A DNA stretch of 64,000 nucleotides from Lentisphaeria bacterium (GTDB taxonomy: Bacteria > Verrucomicrobiota > Lentisphaeria > Victivallales > UBA1829): contig DPDG01000114.1 of assembly GCA_003526375.1 (NCBI GenBank), positions 60,818 to 124,817 of the forward strand, given 5' to 3'. Positions within the stretch are counted from its first letter, which is position 1, and each line of letters opens with the position of its first letter. Position numbers and translations under genes: made by a program. Under the pieces are notes generated by a model. It worked only from the letters and a program-made list of their open reading frames with translations, ran no database searches and had not been told where the DNA came from. Below are positions 47,913 through 59,306 of the stretch, piece by piece.

Positions 47913-48959
47913 ATGGGAAGACAGTTGAAATACGATCAGGCACGGCTTGCGGTTCTGAATGTGATCGCCGAGGATCGTCTGCGTCCGGGCGATAAGCTTG
48001 CTCCGGAACGTCAGCTTATTTCCCGCATGAATTGCAGCATGATCACCCTGAGGAAGGCTTTGGAGAGCCTGGAGCGGGAAGGGATGCTGGAGCGCAGTGT
48101 CGGGCGCGGCACTTTCCTGAAACGCTGCGTCACGAACGACAGCAGGAGCGGCAAGATTCTGTTCCTTAATGTGAACCGTCCCGGCGATCTCAGTTATCCT
48201 CCGCCCCGGGCACGGGAATATATGCAGTTCTATTTCAATGAACGCGGTATGGAGTTTCAGTATCTTCAGGTCAGCAGTTTTTCCAATGAAATCGTGAAAG
48301 AAGCCGAAGATGTGCTCGGCATCCTGCTTTACGGCTGGCTTTCCGATGATTTCATGAAAAGTATCGCAAGCCTGAAGATTCCGATGATCATCGTCGGGAA
48401 CAGCCGTCATTTTTCCGGTATTCCGCAGGTGGAGCTGGACATAAAAGCATGTGCGGAACTGGTGACGGAGGATTTGATCCGCGGAGGGGCGAGACGGATT
48501 GTTTTGTTCAACTCGGCGCCGGACTATTATCCTTCGTATGATCTTGAATCCGGTTTCCGTAAGGCTATGAAGCGGCATGGACTGAATGAAAACGCGGAAA
48601 GTGTGATTTTCATGACCGATGGAAACAGGGGAAAGGAATTGGATCGTCTGATCCCTGCGTATATGGAATATGACGCGATGATCTTTGAACTTGGGATTTA
48701 TTACTCTTTTCTTGCCGCCAGCCGCATCAACCACTGGAATTTGAAGCAGAAGATCGGCATTTCCCCTCTTTCCATTGACTTCATAGATCAATGGAACTGT
48801 GATCTGGTGCGCGCGTCCCCCGATACGATTTTCGGACGTTTCAGGCAATCAATATTTGAAATCGCGAGCAATATGTTGCTGGAATATATTTTAAGCAGCA
48901 GGGAAATGAAAACAATCAGATTGAAACCGGAGATTGATCATGGTTTGGAGGAGGAATGA
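47913..48959 (+). CDS. GntR-HTH transcriptional regulator with LacI-type (PBP1) sugar-binding domain
   Basis: [41 protein letters not shown] (GntR wHTH), then an alternating beta/alpha sugar-binding core (KILFLNV ... IPMIIVGN ... RRIVLFN). Confidence 0.8.
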   Translation: MGRQLKYDQARLAVLNVIAEDRLRPGDKLAPERQLISRMNCSMITLRKALESLEREGMLERSVGRGTFLKRCVTNDSRSGKILFLNVNRPGDLSYPPPRAREYMQFYFNERGMEFQYLQVSSFSNEIVKEAEDVLGILLYGWLSDDFMKSIASLKIPMIIVGNSRHFSGIPQVELDIKACAELVTEDLIRGGARRIVLFNSAPDYYPSYDLESGFRKAMKRHGLNENAESVIFMTDGNRGKELDRLIPAYMEYDAMIFELGIYYSFLAASRINHWNLKQKIGISPLSIDFIDQWNCDLVRASPDTIFGRFRQSIFEIASNMLLEYILSSREMKTIRLKPEIDHGLEEE

Positions 48960-49206
48960 AATGAACTGGCGGAAAAGGCTTGAACTTACATTGATCGAAT
49001 TAATGATGGATAAAACATGTGAAAGGTTGATTCCGTTCCGGCAGAGTCTGCGCCGGCTTTGCGGCGCGAGACGGTCTCCGAGAGAGGACGCAGTCAATTC
49101 ACACCCTGCTTTACCGGGAAGTTTTCCTGTTCGATTGCCTGATTGTTCTTCCGTTCTTTCTTGCTTCAGAGTCCCCAGTTCCATGTCCTTGCTTCGCAGG
49201 GAGGAA

Positions 49207-49881
49207 ATGAAGACATTTACATTGATAGAATTGCTTATTGTTGTATCAATCATTGCGATTCTGGCTGGAATGCTTCTGCCTGCCTTAAATAAAGCGCGTG
49301 AGGCCGCCTGGAAGATATCATGCGTCAACAACCTGAAAAGTATCGGAGTGGCATCGCAGATATATACTGCGGATCATAATGATATGGTGGTGGTATCTAA
49401 ATATAACAATTCTGATCCTTTGACCTGGATGACACTGCTGTGCGGTTCAAAACAGCTGAATTGTTCAGATCTGACCGCACAGAACACGCAACTTCCGTTC
49501 AAGGTTTTTCAATGTCTGGCAGCGTCGCGTATTCCCTCAAATGGGACAAACTGGACTTCAGGCTGGTACAACTGGGCTCCTATATCAAAAGCCGGTTATG
49601 GACTCAATTGGAGGTTGACCCGCTATTCTCCCAAAATAACCGGAATCAAGTATCCTCTTTCGACCGTTCCATTGGTTTTTGAATCTGCTGCCCTTGTTCC
49701 GGATGTGGGCTATAACAGCCCGGCAACTGCCGACCAGCAGTTGCGCCTGCGCCGTCATAACCGGTCCAGCAATGTGCTTTTCCTGGATGGACATGTGGAA
49801 AATTTTCCGGTGGCGGTATTCTTTTCCAGCCTCAGATCCAATAAGATTCACTGTGTTATAGAAAATGGAGTTGGGTATTGA
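49207..49881 (+). CDS. Prepilin-type N-terminal methylation-domain protein with H-X9-DG motif (DUF1559 family)
   Basis: [44 protein letters not shown] and C-terminal [25 protein letters not shown] precedes ATG 49207. Confidence 0.85.
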   Translation: MKTFTLIELLIVVSIIAILAGMLLPALNKAREAAWKISCVNNLKSIGVASQIYTADHNDMVVVSKYNNSDPLTWMTLLCGSKQLNCSDLTAQNTQLPFKVFQCLAASRIPSNGTNWTSGWYNWAPISKAGYGLNWRLTRYSPKITGIKYPLSTVPLVFESAALVPDVGYNSPATADQQLRLRRHNRSSNVLFLDGHVENFPVAVFFSSLRSNKIHCVIENGVGY

Positions 49882-49883
49882 AT

Positions 49884-51932
49884 ATGAAATATTGTTCAGC
49901 AGTCATCCTTTGTTTTACCGGCATATTTCTCTCTGCGGGACAGTTTGAGCTGGCGCCCGGAAAAGAGACGGTTTTGAACATTCCCGCCTCGGACAGCAGT
50001 CGCATTCTGCGGATTCGGGCCCGTCTGAATCTGCCGGAAGGGAGAGAGGCGTGGGGAGGATATTTCCTTGGAATGACTCTCAATGGAAAGGAGCTCCCTC
50101 TGCCTGTAAATACCGGCATTCTCTGGAATATTGCAAAGGTGCCTCCTGTTTCTGCTCCCCAATATTCGGAAGGGAAGAAGGCATGGTTTGTCAAAGCTGA
50201 TTCCAACTGGATTGCATTTGACTGCGAGATTCCGGGGAATGCTTTTCGGCGAACGGCTTATCTTGCGTGGAAAAATATCCGCGGTGACCGCTCCGGTTAT
50301 ACCAATGCGTATTATGACAAAGTGTTCCGGCTTGACGAAAGGGAGAATGCACTGAGCCTGAAAAACTGTTCGGAACGCTACACGATGATCTGTGATATTG
50401 CGACTGCACCCTTGCATGGCGATCTGCTTTTTTCTCAACCGGCGGCGGGAAAAAGCATTTTGCCGTGGAGTTTTCCGGAATGTTCCGAGGTCCGGGGCGT
50501 GCTGAAACTGCGTGTATGCGCAGGAGAACGGGAGCCTGCCATGCTGGCGCTTCGCAATCTTGGAAAGAATGATGTCGCTTTTTCATGGAATCTTGCGGAT
50601 TTTCGAGCTGTGTCAGGGGCGGTTATCCCTGCATCCGCGGCGGATATCCGGGTTCAGGAGTATTACAAAGTAAAAGACGGGAGTGCAACCCTGCAATATG
50701 CCGGACTGGATGGGCATGTGCTTCGGATTCCTGACCGGTTGACGGCTCAGAAAATCTGGCGGGTGAAAAAAAATGAAAGCGGCGCACTCTGGCTTCTCCT
50801 GACCGCGCCGGAGAATGCCGCTCCGGGGATTTACCGTTCGGAACTGGTGTTGAATGGAATCTGCCGGATTCCTGTGGAGTTGGAAATTCTTCCCTTCAAG
50901 CTTGCCCGCTCTCCGCGTATTTACGGGCTTTGGACCAACTCGCTGCCGGGGAGGGACGGAAAGAAAAGGAAACAGCAGGTACAGGATCTTCAGAAACATG
51001 GGATCAGCAACATTCTGCTTGACGCCTGGACGGTTCCGGTTCCGCTTGCAAAAGACGGAACACCGGATACAAGACATTTTGATCGGGCGCTTGCCTGGTT
51101 GAAAGAGGAGGGGCTGAATCGGCAGGTTCTGATTTATGGCCTGCTTGGTCCGCTGCTGCGGGATATAGGCAAGGCGGCAGGGACAGATGATTATACGGCG
51201 CCGGAATTTCAGAAGATTCTCATTCCTGTTTTTGAAACACTGGCGCTTCATGCGGAACGGCAGGGATTTCAGATCTATTTCCACTGCACGGATGAGCCGG
51301 ATATTCACCCTGATACCGTTCCGGCATTTGAAAAGTTCTGCCGGATGCTCCGAAATAGGACTGCATTGAAAATAGCCTCCAATGCAACGCCCGCCGGTGT
51401 GCGGAAATGGGAGGGGCTGCTTGACTTGAACCTGTCCGCCGCTTACAACGGGGTGATCGACGGCTGGCTTGGGAAGGGATATGTCAATCCGTTTTACCGT
51501 CAATGGGGAGAGTGTCCGCCGGAATACATCCGCGAACACTGCCGTTATTCTTATGTGCAGGTCCGTTCCCGGAATCCTCTCTCCGCCCGTGCCGATTTCG
51601 GTTTTTACTGCGATGCCATGAATTTGAAAGGCATGTGGGGATTTGCATATTACTGGGACAGCAGCGATTGGTATATTGCATGGCCGTTTCCGGAAAACGA
51701 CGGACGTTACGGTACGACCGTCGGCTGGGAGATGCTCCATGCCGGCATTCAGGACAGCCGCTGTCTGCATACCCTGCATGAACTGGCGGCAAGGAAAGGC
51801 GAGACGGTTCAATTCAAGCTTCCGGCGATGCCGGAACTGATGCGGATGGAAGCAGAGGAGCTGGCAGCGCTGAGAAATGAGATCATAGAAGAAATATTGA
51901 ATTTGTCACATAACGATAAGGAGAAACAATGA
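49884..51932 (+). CDS. Secreted hypothetical protein, probable glycoside hydrolase related to the DUF4091/GH123-like gene downstream
   Basis: Signal peptide MKYCSAVILCFTGIFLSAG. Central TIM-barrel-like segment with FHCTDEPD (D-E pair). C-terminal YYWDSSDWYIAWPF...GWEMLHAGIQDSRCLHTL resembles the DUF4091 tail. Start overlaps the DUF1559 stop. Confidence 0.5.
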   Translation: MKYCSAVILCFTGIFLSAGQFELAPGKETVLNIPASDSSRILRIRARLNLPEGREAWGGYFLGMTLNGKELPLPVNTGILWNIAKVPPVSAPQYSEGKKAWFVKADSNWIAFDCEIPGNAFRRTAYLAWKNIRGDRSGYTNAYYDKVFRLDERENALSLKNCSERYTMICDIATAPLHGDLLFSQPAAGKSILPWSFPECSEVRGVLKLRVCAGEREPAMLALRNLGKNDVAFSWNLADFRAVSGAVIPASAADIRVQEYYKVKDGSATLQYAGLDGHVLRIPDRLTAQKIWRVKKNESGALWLLLTAPENAAPGIYRSELVLNGICRIPVELEILPFKLARSPRIYGLWTNSLPGRDGKKRKQQVQDLQKHGISNILLDAWTVPVPLAKDGTPDTRHFDRALAWLKEEGLNRQVLIYGLLGPLLRDIGKAAGTDDYTAPEFQKILIPVFETLALHAERQGFQIYFHCTDEPDIHPDTVPAFEKFCRMLRNRTALKIASNATPAGVRKWEGLLDLNLSAAYNGVIDGWLGKGYVNPFYRQWGECPPEYIREHCRYSYVQVRSRNPLSARADFGFYCDAMNLKGMWGFAYYWDSSDWYIAWPFPENDGRYGTTVGWEMLHAGIQDSRCLHTLHELAARKGETVQFKLPAMPELMRMEAEELAALRNEIIEEILNLSHNDKEKQ

Positions 51933-52483
51933 AAGCGACATTGATGTTCGCGATGCTTGCATCGGCGGCTGTTCTGACGGGCGGGGAAGTCAAAATTGAC
52001 AGATATGAAGTCCTTCCCGGCAATTACTACAAACATTTCGGGACAAAGCTGGACAGCGATCTGCTTCCTGTAAAGGATGGCAGGACTGTGCGTAAAGGTC
52101 TGTTGACTGACGGCAAGATACGTTATGCACCTGGAACCGGAGTCTGTTACGTTTTCTGGCACTCAAAACCGGAAGATAGTTGTGTCACATTTTCCCTGAT
52201 GCTTGAGAAACCGCAAAAGATTACTTCCATTCAGGTTTTCGGTCAGAATCTTTCATCCATGTATACCGTATTGAAGGCGTCGGCGGAATGCGGCGAGGAT
52301 GAGATCGGCATGGAGCCTGCCGGACAGATTGCCGTGCCGGAGGCGGAAAGAAAGAAAAGAGACTGGCAGTTGACTATTCCCTGCGGTAAAAAAGCCGGAA
52401 TACTGAAAGTGACCGTCTGGACGGGTCCCGATCATTATTTAAATGTTACCGAAATCAAATTGTTGGGAGAGTCGGAATCATGA
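51929..52483 (+). CDS. Secreted hypothetical protein, discoidin/galactose-binding-like domain
   Basis: Signal peptide MKATLMFAMLASAAVLTG. VTFSLMLEKPQKITSIQVFGQNL ... NVTEIKLLGE pattern of F5/8 type C domains. ATGA overlaps on both sides. Confidence 0.45.
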   Translation: MKATLMFAMLASAAVLTGGEVKIDRYEVLPGNYYKHFGTKLDSDLLPVKDGRTVRKGLLTDGKIRYAPGTGVCYVFWHSKPEDSCVTFSLMLEKPQKITSIQVFGQNLSSMYTVLKASAECGEDEIGMEPAGQIAVPEAERKKRDWQLTIPCGKKAGILKVTVWTGPDHYLNVTEIKLLGESES

Positions 52484-55026
52484 TGCTGAAAACTATTGGA
52501 GCCATTACAGTTTTCACGTATGCCGCGCTTCTCTTCTCTGCGCCGTTGCTGGACCCCGTAATTCTTGAGAATGAATATTTGAAACTGACGGTGGACCGTC
52601 AGCGGGGAGCGACTCTCCGCAGCCTTATCGATAAGAAAAACGGTGCTGAGGCGGCAAGAGAGTTCCTTTCCGGAAAATATTGGTGCGGGGCATTGGCGGA
52701 AGACCGGCTTGCCGGTGAAGGATATCCCGGGGAAATTACCCGGCTGTCTTATAAAGGCGAGGTCAGGCGAACCGGCAGTATGCAGATATTGGCGCTTGAA
52801 TGTATTTCAGAAAATGAAAAATATCCGGGGCTCGCATTTGCAAAAAACTATTATCTGAAAGACCGGGCGCGCTATCTTGAAGTAGAGTGGCGCATCACCA
52901 ATACAGGGAAGACGGCACGTGTGATTACCCCCTGGGTTCATAATATTATCAGCAGAGATTATCGGAACACGGTTTTGCCGAAACGGGATGGAGTCAAGCT
53001 GATTCCGCCATCAGCGGATTACTTTCAGGACCCTGTCCGCAACTGGCTGGGGGCTTACAATCCTGACAGTCGCAGACTGATCTATTTTTCCGCCGGTTTC
53101 CGGAAACTGCTGAAACACTATTACTGTTTCTGGAACGGTTATCATACATTGGAATGGACATTTCAGCCTGTGAAGCTGCGCCCGGAAGAAAGATGGACTG
53201 CTGTTTATCGAATCGGTTTAGCGGAGCCTGCGACTGTGCCGGCCGCCGTTTCCGAAGATGCGGTCCTTTCCTACCGCTGGGCGGATGAGGCGCTTGTTTT
53301 GGAGGTATATCCCACTTCGGATCTTGGAGCGCTCGGAGTTAAAGTTTTTGCAGACGGGAAAGAGTGTTTCTCACGGAATGCGGAACTCTTTATTTCCGGA
53401 AAACCGCTGGAACTGAGGATACCGTCTGCCGATCTCCCTCAAAAAAGCGTGCCGCTGGAGGTCAAGCTGTTCAGGAACGGGCGGGAGCTTGAACAGGCGG
53501 GAAGAAGTCTGGTGGTTTACGTTGATCCCGAACATAAGACAAGTGTTATGAATACCGCTCTTGAAGCATGGGCTTCGTCTGAGTCTCCTTATCAGAAAAT
53601 AGTACCGCAGAATGTCACTGCAAAGCTTCATCGGGCGGATTCTGCTCTTTCTCTTGCGGAAGTGTCTCCCTATATCAAGGTTTTTGAACAGGACCGTTTT
53701 CTGAAAGGAGAACTGAATCAGGAACTCCGAACCCTGCGCAACAGCCGTTTTTACCGCCAGTTCGTCATTGCCAACCACGGCAATGCCCCGTTGACATTCC
53801 GCCTGAACCGGCGTTCCGCCGTATTGAAACATGGCGCTGATCGGTTGCCGGTTTCCGTCCGGCGTATCGGCTTTATCGGGACGAAGCAGCCGACCGGGTT
53901 CGATTTGAATTCTCCTGTCGGGCGTTACCCGGACCCGCTTCTCCCTCTGGATTCGGATATCGTGACCGTTCCGCCGAAAAGCAATCTGCCGCTTTTCCTG
54001 GAAGTTTTTGTCCCGGCGGCACAGGCTGTCGGAAATTATGAAGGCGTAATTTTATTGACGAATGGGAAAGAACGTCTTGAACTGCCTGTCTCATGCACAG
54101 TTCTGCCTGCGGCGTTTCCCGCTCGAAGTACTCTCCGCAGCACGGCGGGATGTTGGGCGCTTTCTCCTGAACTTTTGAAAGCCGTCGGGTCGAAAGATAC
54201 TCCTGCGGAATTTCAGAAAAAATGTCGCAGTCTGTATTACAGGCATCGCCTTACACCGCGTGAAAACGGAGTAAAATGGACTTTTGATGCAGATATGGAG
54301 AAGCAGATGGCGGAACTTGAGGAAAATCATGCGGTAAGCATTGCGGTTCCGGATTTTGTCATCAGAAAACCGGATGCATTCAAAAAAGCGGTGGAGGTTC
54401 TCAGGAGACATCATCTTTACAAGCAGGCATTTTATTATACCATTGATGAAGCTCCGGCGGCTCTCTTCCCGAAAGTAATTGAAGAATGCCGGAAAATCCA
54501 TACCCTTTTCCCTGATTTTAAAGTTCTTGGAACCATTTATGAAGAAGATGTTTCAGCACTTTACGGTTCCGTCAATATCTGGTGCCGGAGCAGCATCCGG
54601 AAAGAACCATGGCATGAAATACGGCGGCGGGCAGGGGATGAGTTCATGTCGTCCAATCTGCCGGGAGTTCATCTTGAGGCGCCGGGGATTGCCCCGATAC
54701 TTACGTTCCTGCGGATGAAGGAGTGCGGATACAGCGGTTTCCTGTTCTGGAATATGATCGGAGGGTATGGCAAGGACAATCCGTGGGAAAACATCGAATG
54801 TGCCGGGCAGAACGGCAATGCGCATCTGCTTTATCCGCATGCATCGGGTCCAGTGGAAACTTTACGCTGGAAATATATTGCAAAAGGCGTTGAGTTATTT
54901 GACCTGCTGTCCATGCTGGAGAAGTCCGAACCGGATAAATATATGGAAATACAAATGGGGTTGAAAGAGGTCGGCAAGCTTCCGGATCTGGAAAAACTTT
55001 ACTCCCGGCTTATGGATTTGCTGTAA
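52480..55026 (+). CDS. DUF4091-domain putative glycoside hydrolase (GH123-like)
   Basis: Signal/TM N-terminus. FYYTIDEAP (D-E pair). C-terminal LFWNMIGGYGKDNPWENIECAGQNGNAHLLYPHASGPVETLRWKYIAKGVELFDLL matches the DUF4091 signature. Confidence 0.6.
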   Translation: MMLKTIGAITVFTYAALLFSAPLLDPVILENEYLKLTVDRQRGATLRSLIDKKNGAEAAREFLSGKYWCGALAEDRLAGEGYPGEITRLSYKGEVRRTGSMQILALECISENEKYPGLAFAKNYYLKDRARYLEVEWRITNTGKTARVITPWVHNIISRDYRNTVLPKRDGVKLIPPSADYFQDPVRNWLGAYNPDSRRLIYFSAGFRKLLKHYYCFWNGYHTLEWTFQPVKLRPEERWTAVYRIGLAEPATVPAAVSEDAVLSYRWADEALVLEVYPTSDLGALGVKVFADGKECFSRNAELFISGKPLELRIPSADLPQKSVPLEVKLFRNGRELEQAGRSLVVYVDPEHKTSVMNTALEAWASSESPYQKIVPQNVTAKLHRADSALSLAEVSPYIKVFEQDRFLKGELNQELRTLRNSRFYRQFVIANHGNAPLTFRLNRRSAVLKHGADRLPVSVRRIGFIGTKQPTGFDLNSPVGRYPDPLLPLDSDIVTVPPKSNLPLFLEVFVPAAQAVGNYEGVILLTNGKERLELPVSCTVLPAAFPARSTLRSTAGCWALSPELLKAVGSKDTPAEFQKKCRSLYYRHRLTPRENGVKWTFDADMEKQMAELEENHAVSIAVPDFVIRKPDAFKKAVEVLRRHHLYKQAFYYTIDEAPAALFPKVIEECRKIHTLFPDFKVLGTIYEEDVSALYGSVNIWCRSSIRKEPWHEIRRRAGDEFMSSNLPGVHLEAPGIAPILTFLRMKECGYSGFLFWNMIGGYGKDNPWENIECAGQNGNAHLLYPHASGPVETLRWKYIAKGVELFDLLSMLEKSEPDKYMEIQMGLKEVGKLPDLEKLYSRLMDLL

Positions 55027-55162
55027 ATGATGACGGCGTCTGTTGTGCCTGACTGTTTTTTAAGAATGCCGGAACGGAAAATAAATCGTGATTTTTTTCT
55101 GGTTCACAGTAGACTTTTTACTGAAAATCCGGTAATTTACAGCAAAAACGAAAGGTTCTGCC

Positions 55163-55519
55163 ATGAAATATCTTTTACTTGAATATCCGAAATGCTCCAC
55201 CTGCCGGAAAGCGAAAAAGTTTCTTGACGATCACGGCATTTCTTATGAAGACCGTCATATCGTCGAACGGAACCCCACTGCGGGCGAGCTCGGAAAATGG
55301 ATCGCCGCCAGCGGGTTTCCGGTCCGGAAATTCTTCAACACCAGCGGACTTCTCTACAAGTCCATGCAGTTGAAAGAACGTCTGCCGGAGATGTCCGGCG
55401 AGGAACAGATCGGACTGCTCGCGACCAACGGAATGCTGGTCAGGCGTCCACTCCTGATCGGCGGAGACCGCGTTCTCGTCGGTTTCCGGGAGATGGAATG
55501 GGCGGCACTTCTCAAGTAA
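55163..55519 (+). CDS. ArsC/Spx/YffB-family thioredoxin-fold protein
   Basis: YPKCSTCRKAKKFLDDHGISYEDRHI ... LVRRPLLI. Confidence 0.8.
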   Translation: MKYLLLEYPKCSTCRKAKKFLDDHGISYEDRHIVERNPTAGELGKWIAASGFPVRKFFNTSGLLYKSMQLKERLPEMSGEEQIGLLATNGMLVRRPLLIGGDRVLVGFREMEWAALLK

Positions 55520-55606
55520 GATGAGTTCCGGCAACAGAAGAACAGGACATTTTAATTTCCGGTTGTCCGGAGCCTCCTGTTCTTCCGCCGGAACATCATT
55601 GCCGGA

Positions 55607-56893
<1,287 letters not shown>

Positions 56894-57120
56894 TTACCCC
56901 CCATGGTTAATTTGTTGTTGAAAGAAGAATATCATCAAAAAAAGAAAAATCAAATGGCAGAACAGCGAAAGGGCGGACGATGTTTCCGTGACCGGCTGAT
57001 AAAAAAGAGGGTGTTTCAGCAAAAAAAAATTCCGTTGGGAGAGAAATAAAAAAAATGAAAAAATGATTCCGGCTGTTTTGATCTTTCCGTTTCCTGATGT
57101 TCTTTGCCGGACCGATATAT

Positions 57121-57540
57121 TCAGTCACAGTCATAACGCCCGGAGCGCGAGCTTTTCACCCTGCTGCGGATACTTTTCGATTTCAGGCGGCGTTCTTTCG
57201 AGGCTTTGGTCGGTTTGGTCTTTTTCCGTTTTCGCGGCTCGGTCATGGCTTGTGCGATCAACGCCGCAAGACGTTCCCGCGCAAGATCGCGGTTCATTGC
57301 CAGGCTGCGTGAATCCTTGACGAAAACCGTGACGAACCCGTCCGCGGCACGTGTCCCCGCGAGAGCGTAGAGACGATTTCTTGTAAGTTCGTTCAATATC
57401 TTCGATTCCGCCGCATGGAAAGCCAGGCGTACCGCCGTGGCAGTTTTGTTGACATGCTGTCCACCGGGTCCTGCCGCGGAACAGATGAATTCTTCTTTCA
57501 ACTCGTCTTCCGGAAGATTCTCTTTTGAAAAAACTGCCAT
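57121..57540 (-). CDS. arfB: Alternative ribosome-rescue factor ArfB (peptidyl-tRNA hydrolase, RF-1 domain)
   Basis: GPGGQHVNKTATAVRL GGQ motif and a basic C-terminal tail (RKRKKTKPTKASKERRLKSK). Confidence 0.85.
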   Translation of the reverse strand: MAVFSKENLPEDELKEEFICSAAGPGGQHVNKTATAVRLAFHAAESKILNELTRNRLYALAGTRAADGFVTVFVKDSRSLAMNRDLARERLAALIAQAMTEPRKRKKTKPTKASKERRLKSKSIRSRVKSSRSGRYDCD

Positions 57541-57546
57541 TTCATC

Positions 57547-58407
57547 CTACTTTCCCTTGAGATTCTGCAACGCGCAGAGCCTGCCCCACGATTCCGGATA
57601 TGCGGAATATTTTTTCCGGTAATCCGCCGGAGTCAGATTCGTTTCTTTTTTGAATTGACGGTAAAACACTTCCAGGGAGTCGAACCCGCAGAGGAGTGCG
57701 ATTTCCTTGATCGGGGTCAACCCGCCGGATAACAGAAGTTTCGCCTTGCCGATCCGCTGTTGAAGAATGTAGTGGTAAGGCGTCGTTTTCATATATTCCC
57801 TGAACAGGGCAAAAAGATACGGACGGCTCAGATTCGACTTTTCGGCAATGTTTTCCGGATCGATTGCCGAAGTGTAGTTCATCTGGATATACGTGAGCGC
57901 ACGCTTCAGAGGTTCGGGGAATGCGATTTCAACGGACGATTGATGCGGCGAGGATTTCCAGCGGATGGTGGAGTAGGCGTAATCCGAGAGCGCTTCCATA
58001 TCGGCGCAGCCGGAATGAAACGCCTTGTGGCATTCGGTTGCGAAATCGACAGCGGCGTCGGAGGATTCCCAGAGGCTTACGCGCGGGCCGGGGCGGTTGC
58101 CGTCATCGACCTTGAAATAGAGTACGATGCAGCGGTAGGGATCATTGGCATCCGTTTCGCAGATCGTGTGTTCTCCTCCCTTGTGCCAGAAGACTGCGCC
58201 GCGCTCGAATTGCTTGACCTCTCCGTTCACTTCAAAAAAGAGTTTGCCGCCGGTCAGGATTTCGATACATTCAAAAGATGGCGAAATCGTTGTCGGAGAG
58301 ACCCGTTTGACATTGGGGCAGGCGAAAAATCCGACCCTCAGAAGCTGTACTTTGCGCTCTTTCATAATAAACGTCAAAAAAAAATACTTTCCGTCAATTG
58401 TTTTCAC
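57547..58407 (-). CDS. AraC-family transcriptional regulator (cupin sensor plus HTH)
   Basis: C-terminal double HTH IAEKSNLSRPYLFALFREYMKTTPYHYILQQRI ... IALLCGFDSLEVFYRQFKK. Confidence 0.85.
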   Translation of the reverse strand: MKTIDGKYFFLTFIMKERKVQLLRVGFFACPNVKRVSPTTISPSFECIEILTGGKLFFEVNGEVKQFERGAVFWHKGGEHTICETDANDPYRCIVLYFKVDDGNRPGPRVSLWESSDAAVDFATECHKAFHSGCADMEALSDYAYSTIRWKSSPHQSSVEIAFPEPLKRALTYIQMNYTSAIDPENIAEKSNLSRPYLFALFREYMKTTPYHYILQQRIGKAKLLLSGGLTPIKEIALLCGFDSLEVFYRQFKKETNLTPADYRKKYSAYPESWGRLCALQNLKGK

Positions 58408-58489
58408 TTTGATGTATGATATAATTTATACAGCAACATACTTTTAGTCAAATGAAAGCTAACAAAAAAACACAAAAAGGAGTATTGTC

Positions 58490-59287
58490 ATGCTCAGACC
58501 GTTGTCAGTTCAGCTTTATTCGCTGAGGGACTATGCAAAAGATGATTTTGTCGCAGTCCTGAAGAAAGTCGCGGAAATCGGATACAAAGGCGTCGAGCCC
58601 GCCGGATTCTGGAATCTGAGACCGTCCGAACTGAAGAAAATCGTCGAAGACCTCGGAATGAAGATCTATTCCTCCCACTCCCCGTGGGCGAGAGGAAACA
58701 ATCTCGGTGAGTGCATGGAGCTGGCCGACGCTCTCGGACTCAAGACGATCGTCTGCGGATACGGGCCCGATGACTTCAAGGATCTCGACTCCATCAAGAA
58801 GACAGCCGAGCTTACGAACAAGATGCAGGAGTTCTTCGCCCGCAACGGATTCACGCTTTTCCAGCACAACCACTACTGGGAATTCGAGCGCATCGACGGA
58901 AAACTCAAATATGAGATTTTCGCGGAACTCTGCCCGAATGTGAAATTTGAGATCGATTCTTTCTGGTCCACCAACAAGGGAACCGAAGATCCTGTTGAAA
59001 TGCTCAAGCTGTTTGCCGACAGAACCATTCTTCTCCACATGAAGGACGGCGTCTGCACGCAGAAGGCGGGCGGCGGTGAAATGGTCAACGGACTTCTCGA
59101 TATGAAGATTGACCTGATGCCGCTCGGAACCGGGACACTGCCGATCAAGCAGATTGTCGAAGCCGCCCCCGCAGCAGTCGAAACCATTGTCGTCGAACTT
59201 GATTACTGCGATACGGAAATGTACAAGGCAATCGAAATGAGCTACAAGTTCATGACCGGGAACGGACTTGCCGCAGGCAACAAGTAA
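58490..59287 (+). CDS. Sugar phosphate isomerase/epimerase (xylose isomerase-like TIM barrel)
   Basis: LSVQLYSLRDY ... GYKGVEPAGF ... LLHMKD. Divergent from the AraC regulator. Confidence 0.8.
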   Translation: MLRPLSVQLYSLRDYAKDDFVAVLKKVAEIGYKGVEPAGFWNLRPSELKKIVEDLGMKIYSSHSPWARGNNLGECMELADALGLKTIVCGYGPDDFKDLDSIKKTAELTNKMQEFFARNGFTLFQHNHYWEFERIDGKLKYEIFAELCPNVKFEIDSFWSTNKGTEDPVEMLKLFADRTILLHMKDGVCTQKAGGGEMVNGLLDMKIDLMPLGTGTLPIKQIVEAAPAAVETIVVELDYCDTEMYKAIEMSYKFMTGNGLAAGNK

Positions 59288-59306
59288 CCTGAAACGGATA
59301 CGGAAA

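Noticed and set aside
55520-55606. Long imperfect hairpin (GAAGAACAGGA ... TCCTGTTCTTC) between the ArsC-like gene and eno, as a bidirectional terminator
   Set aside because: The loop is about 27 nt and there are no flanking T or A runs. It is plausible but too weak to annotate as a feature.
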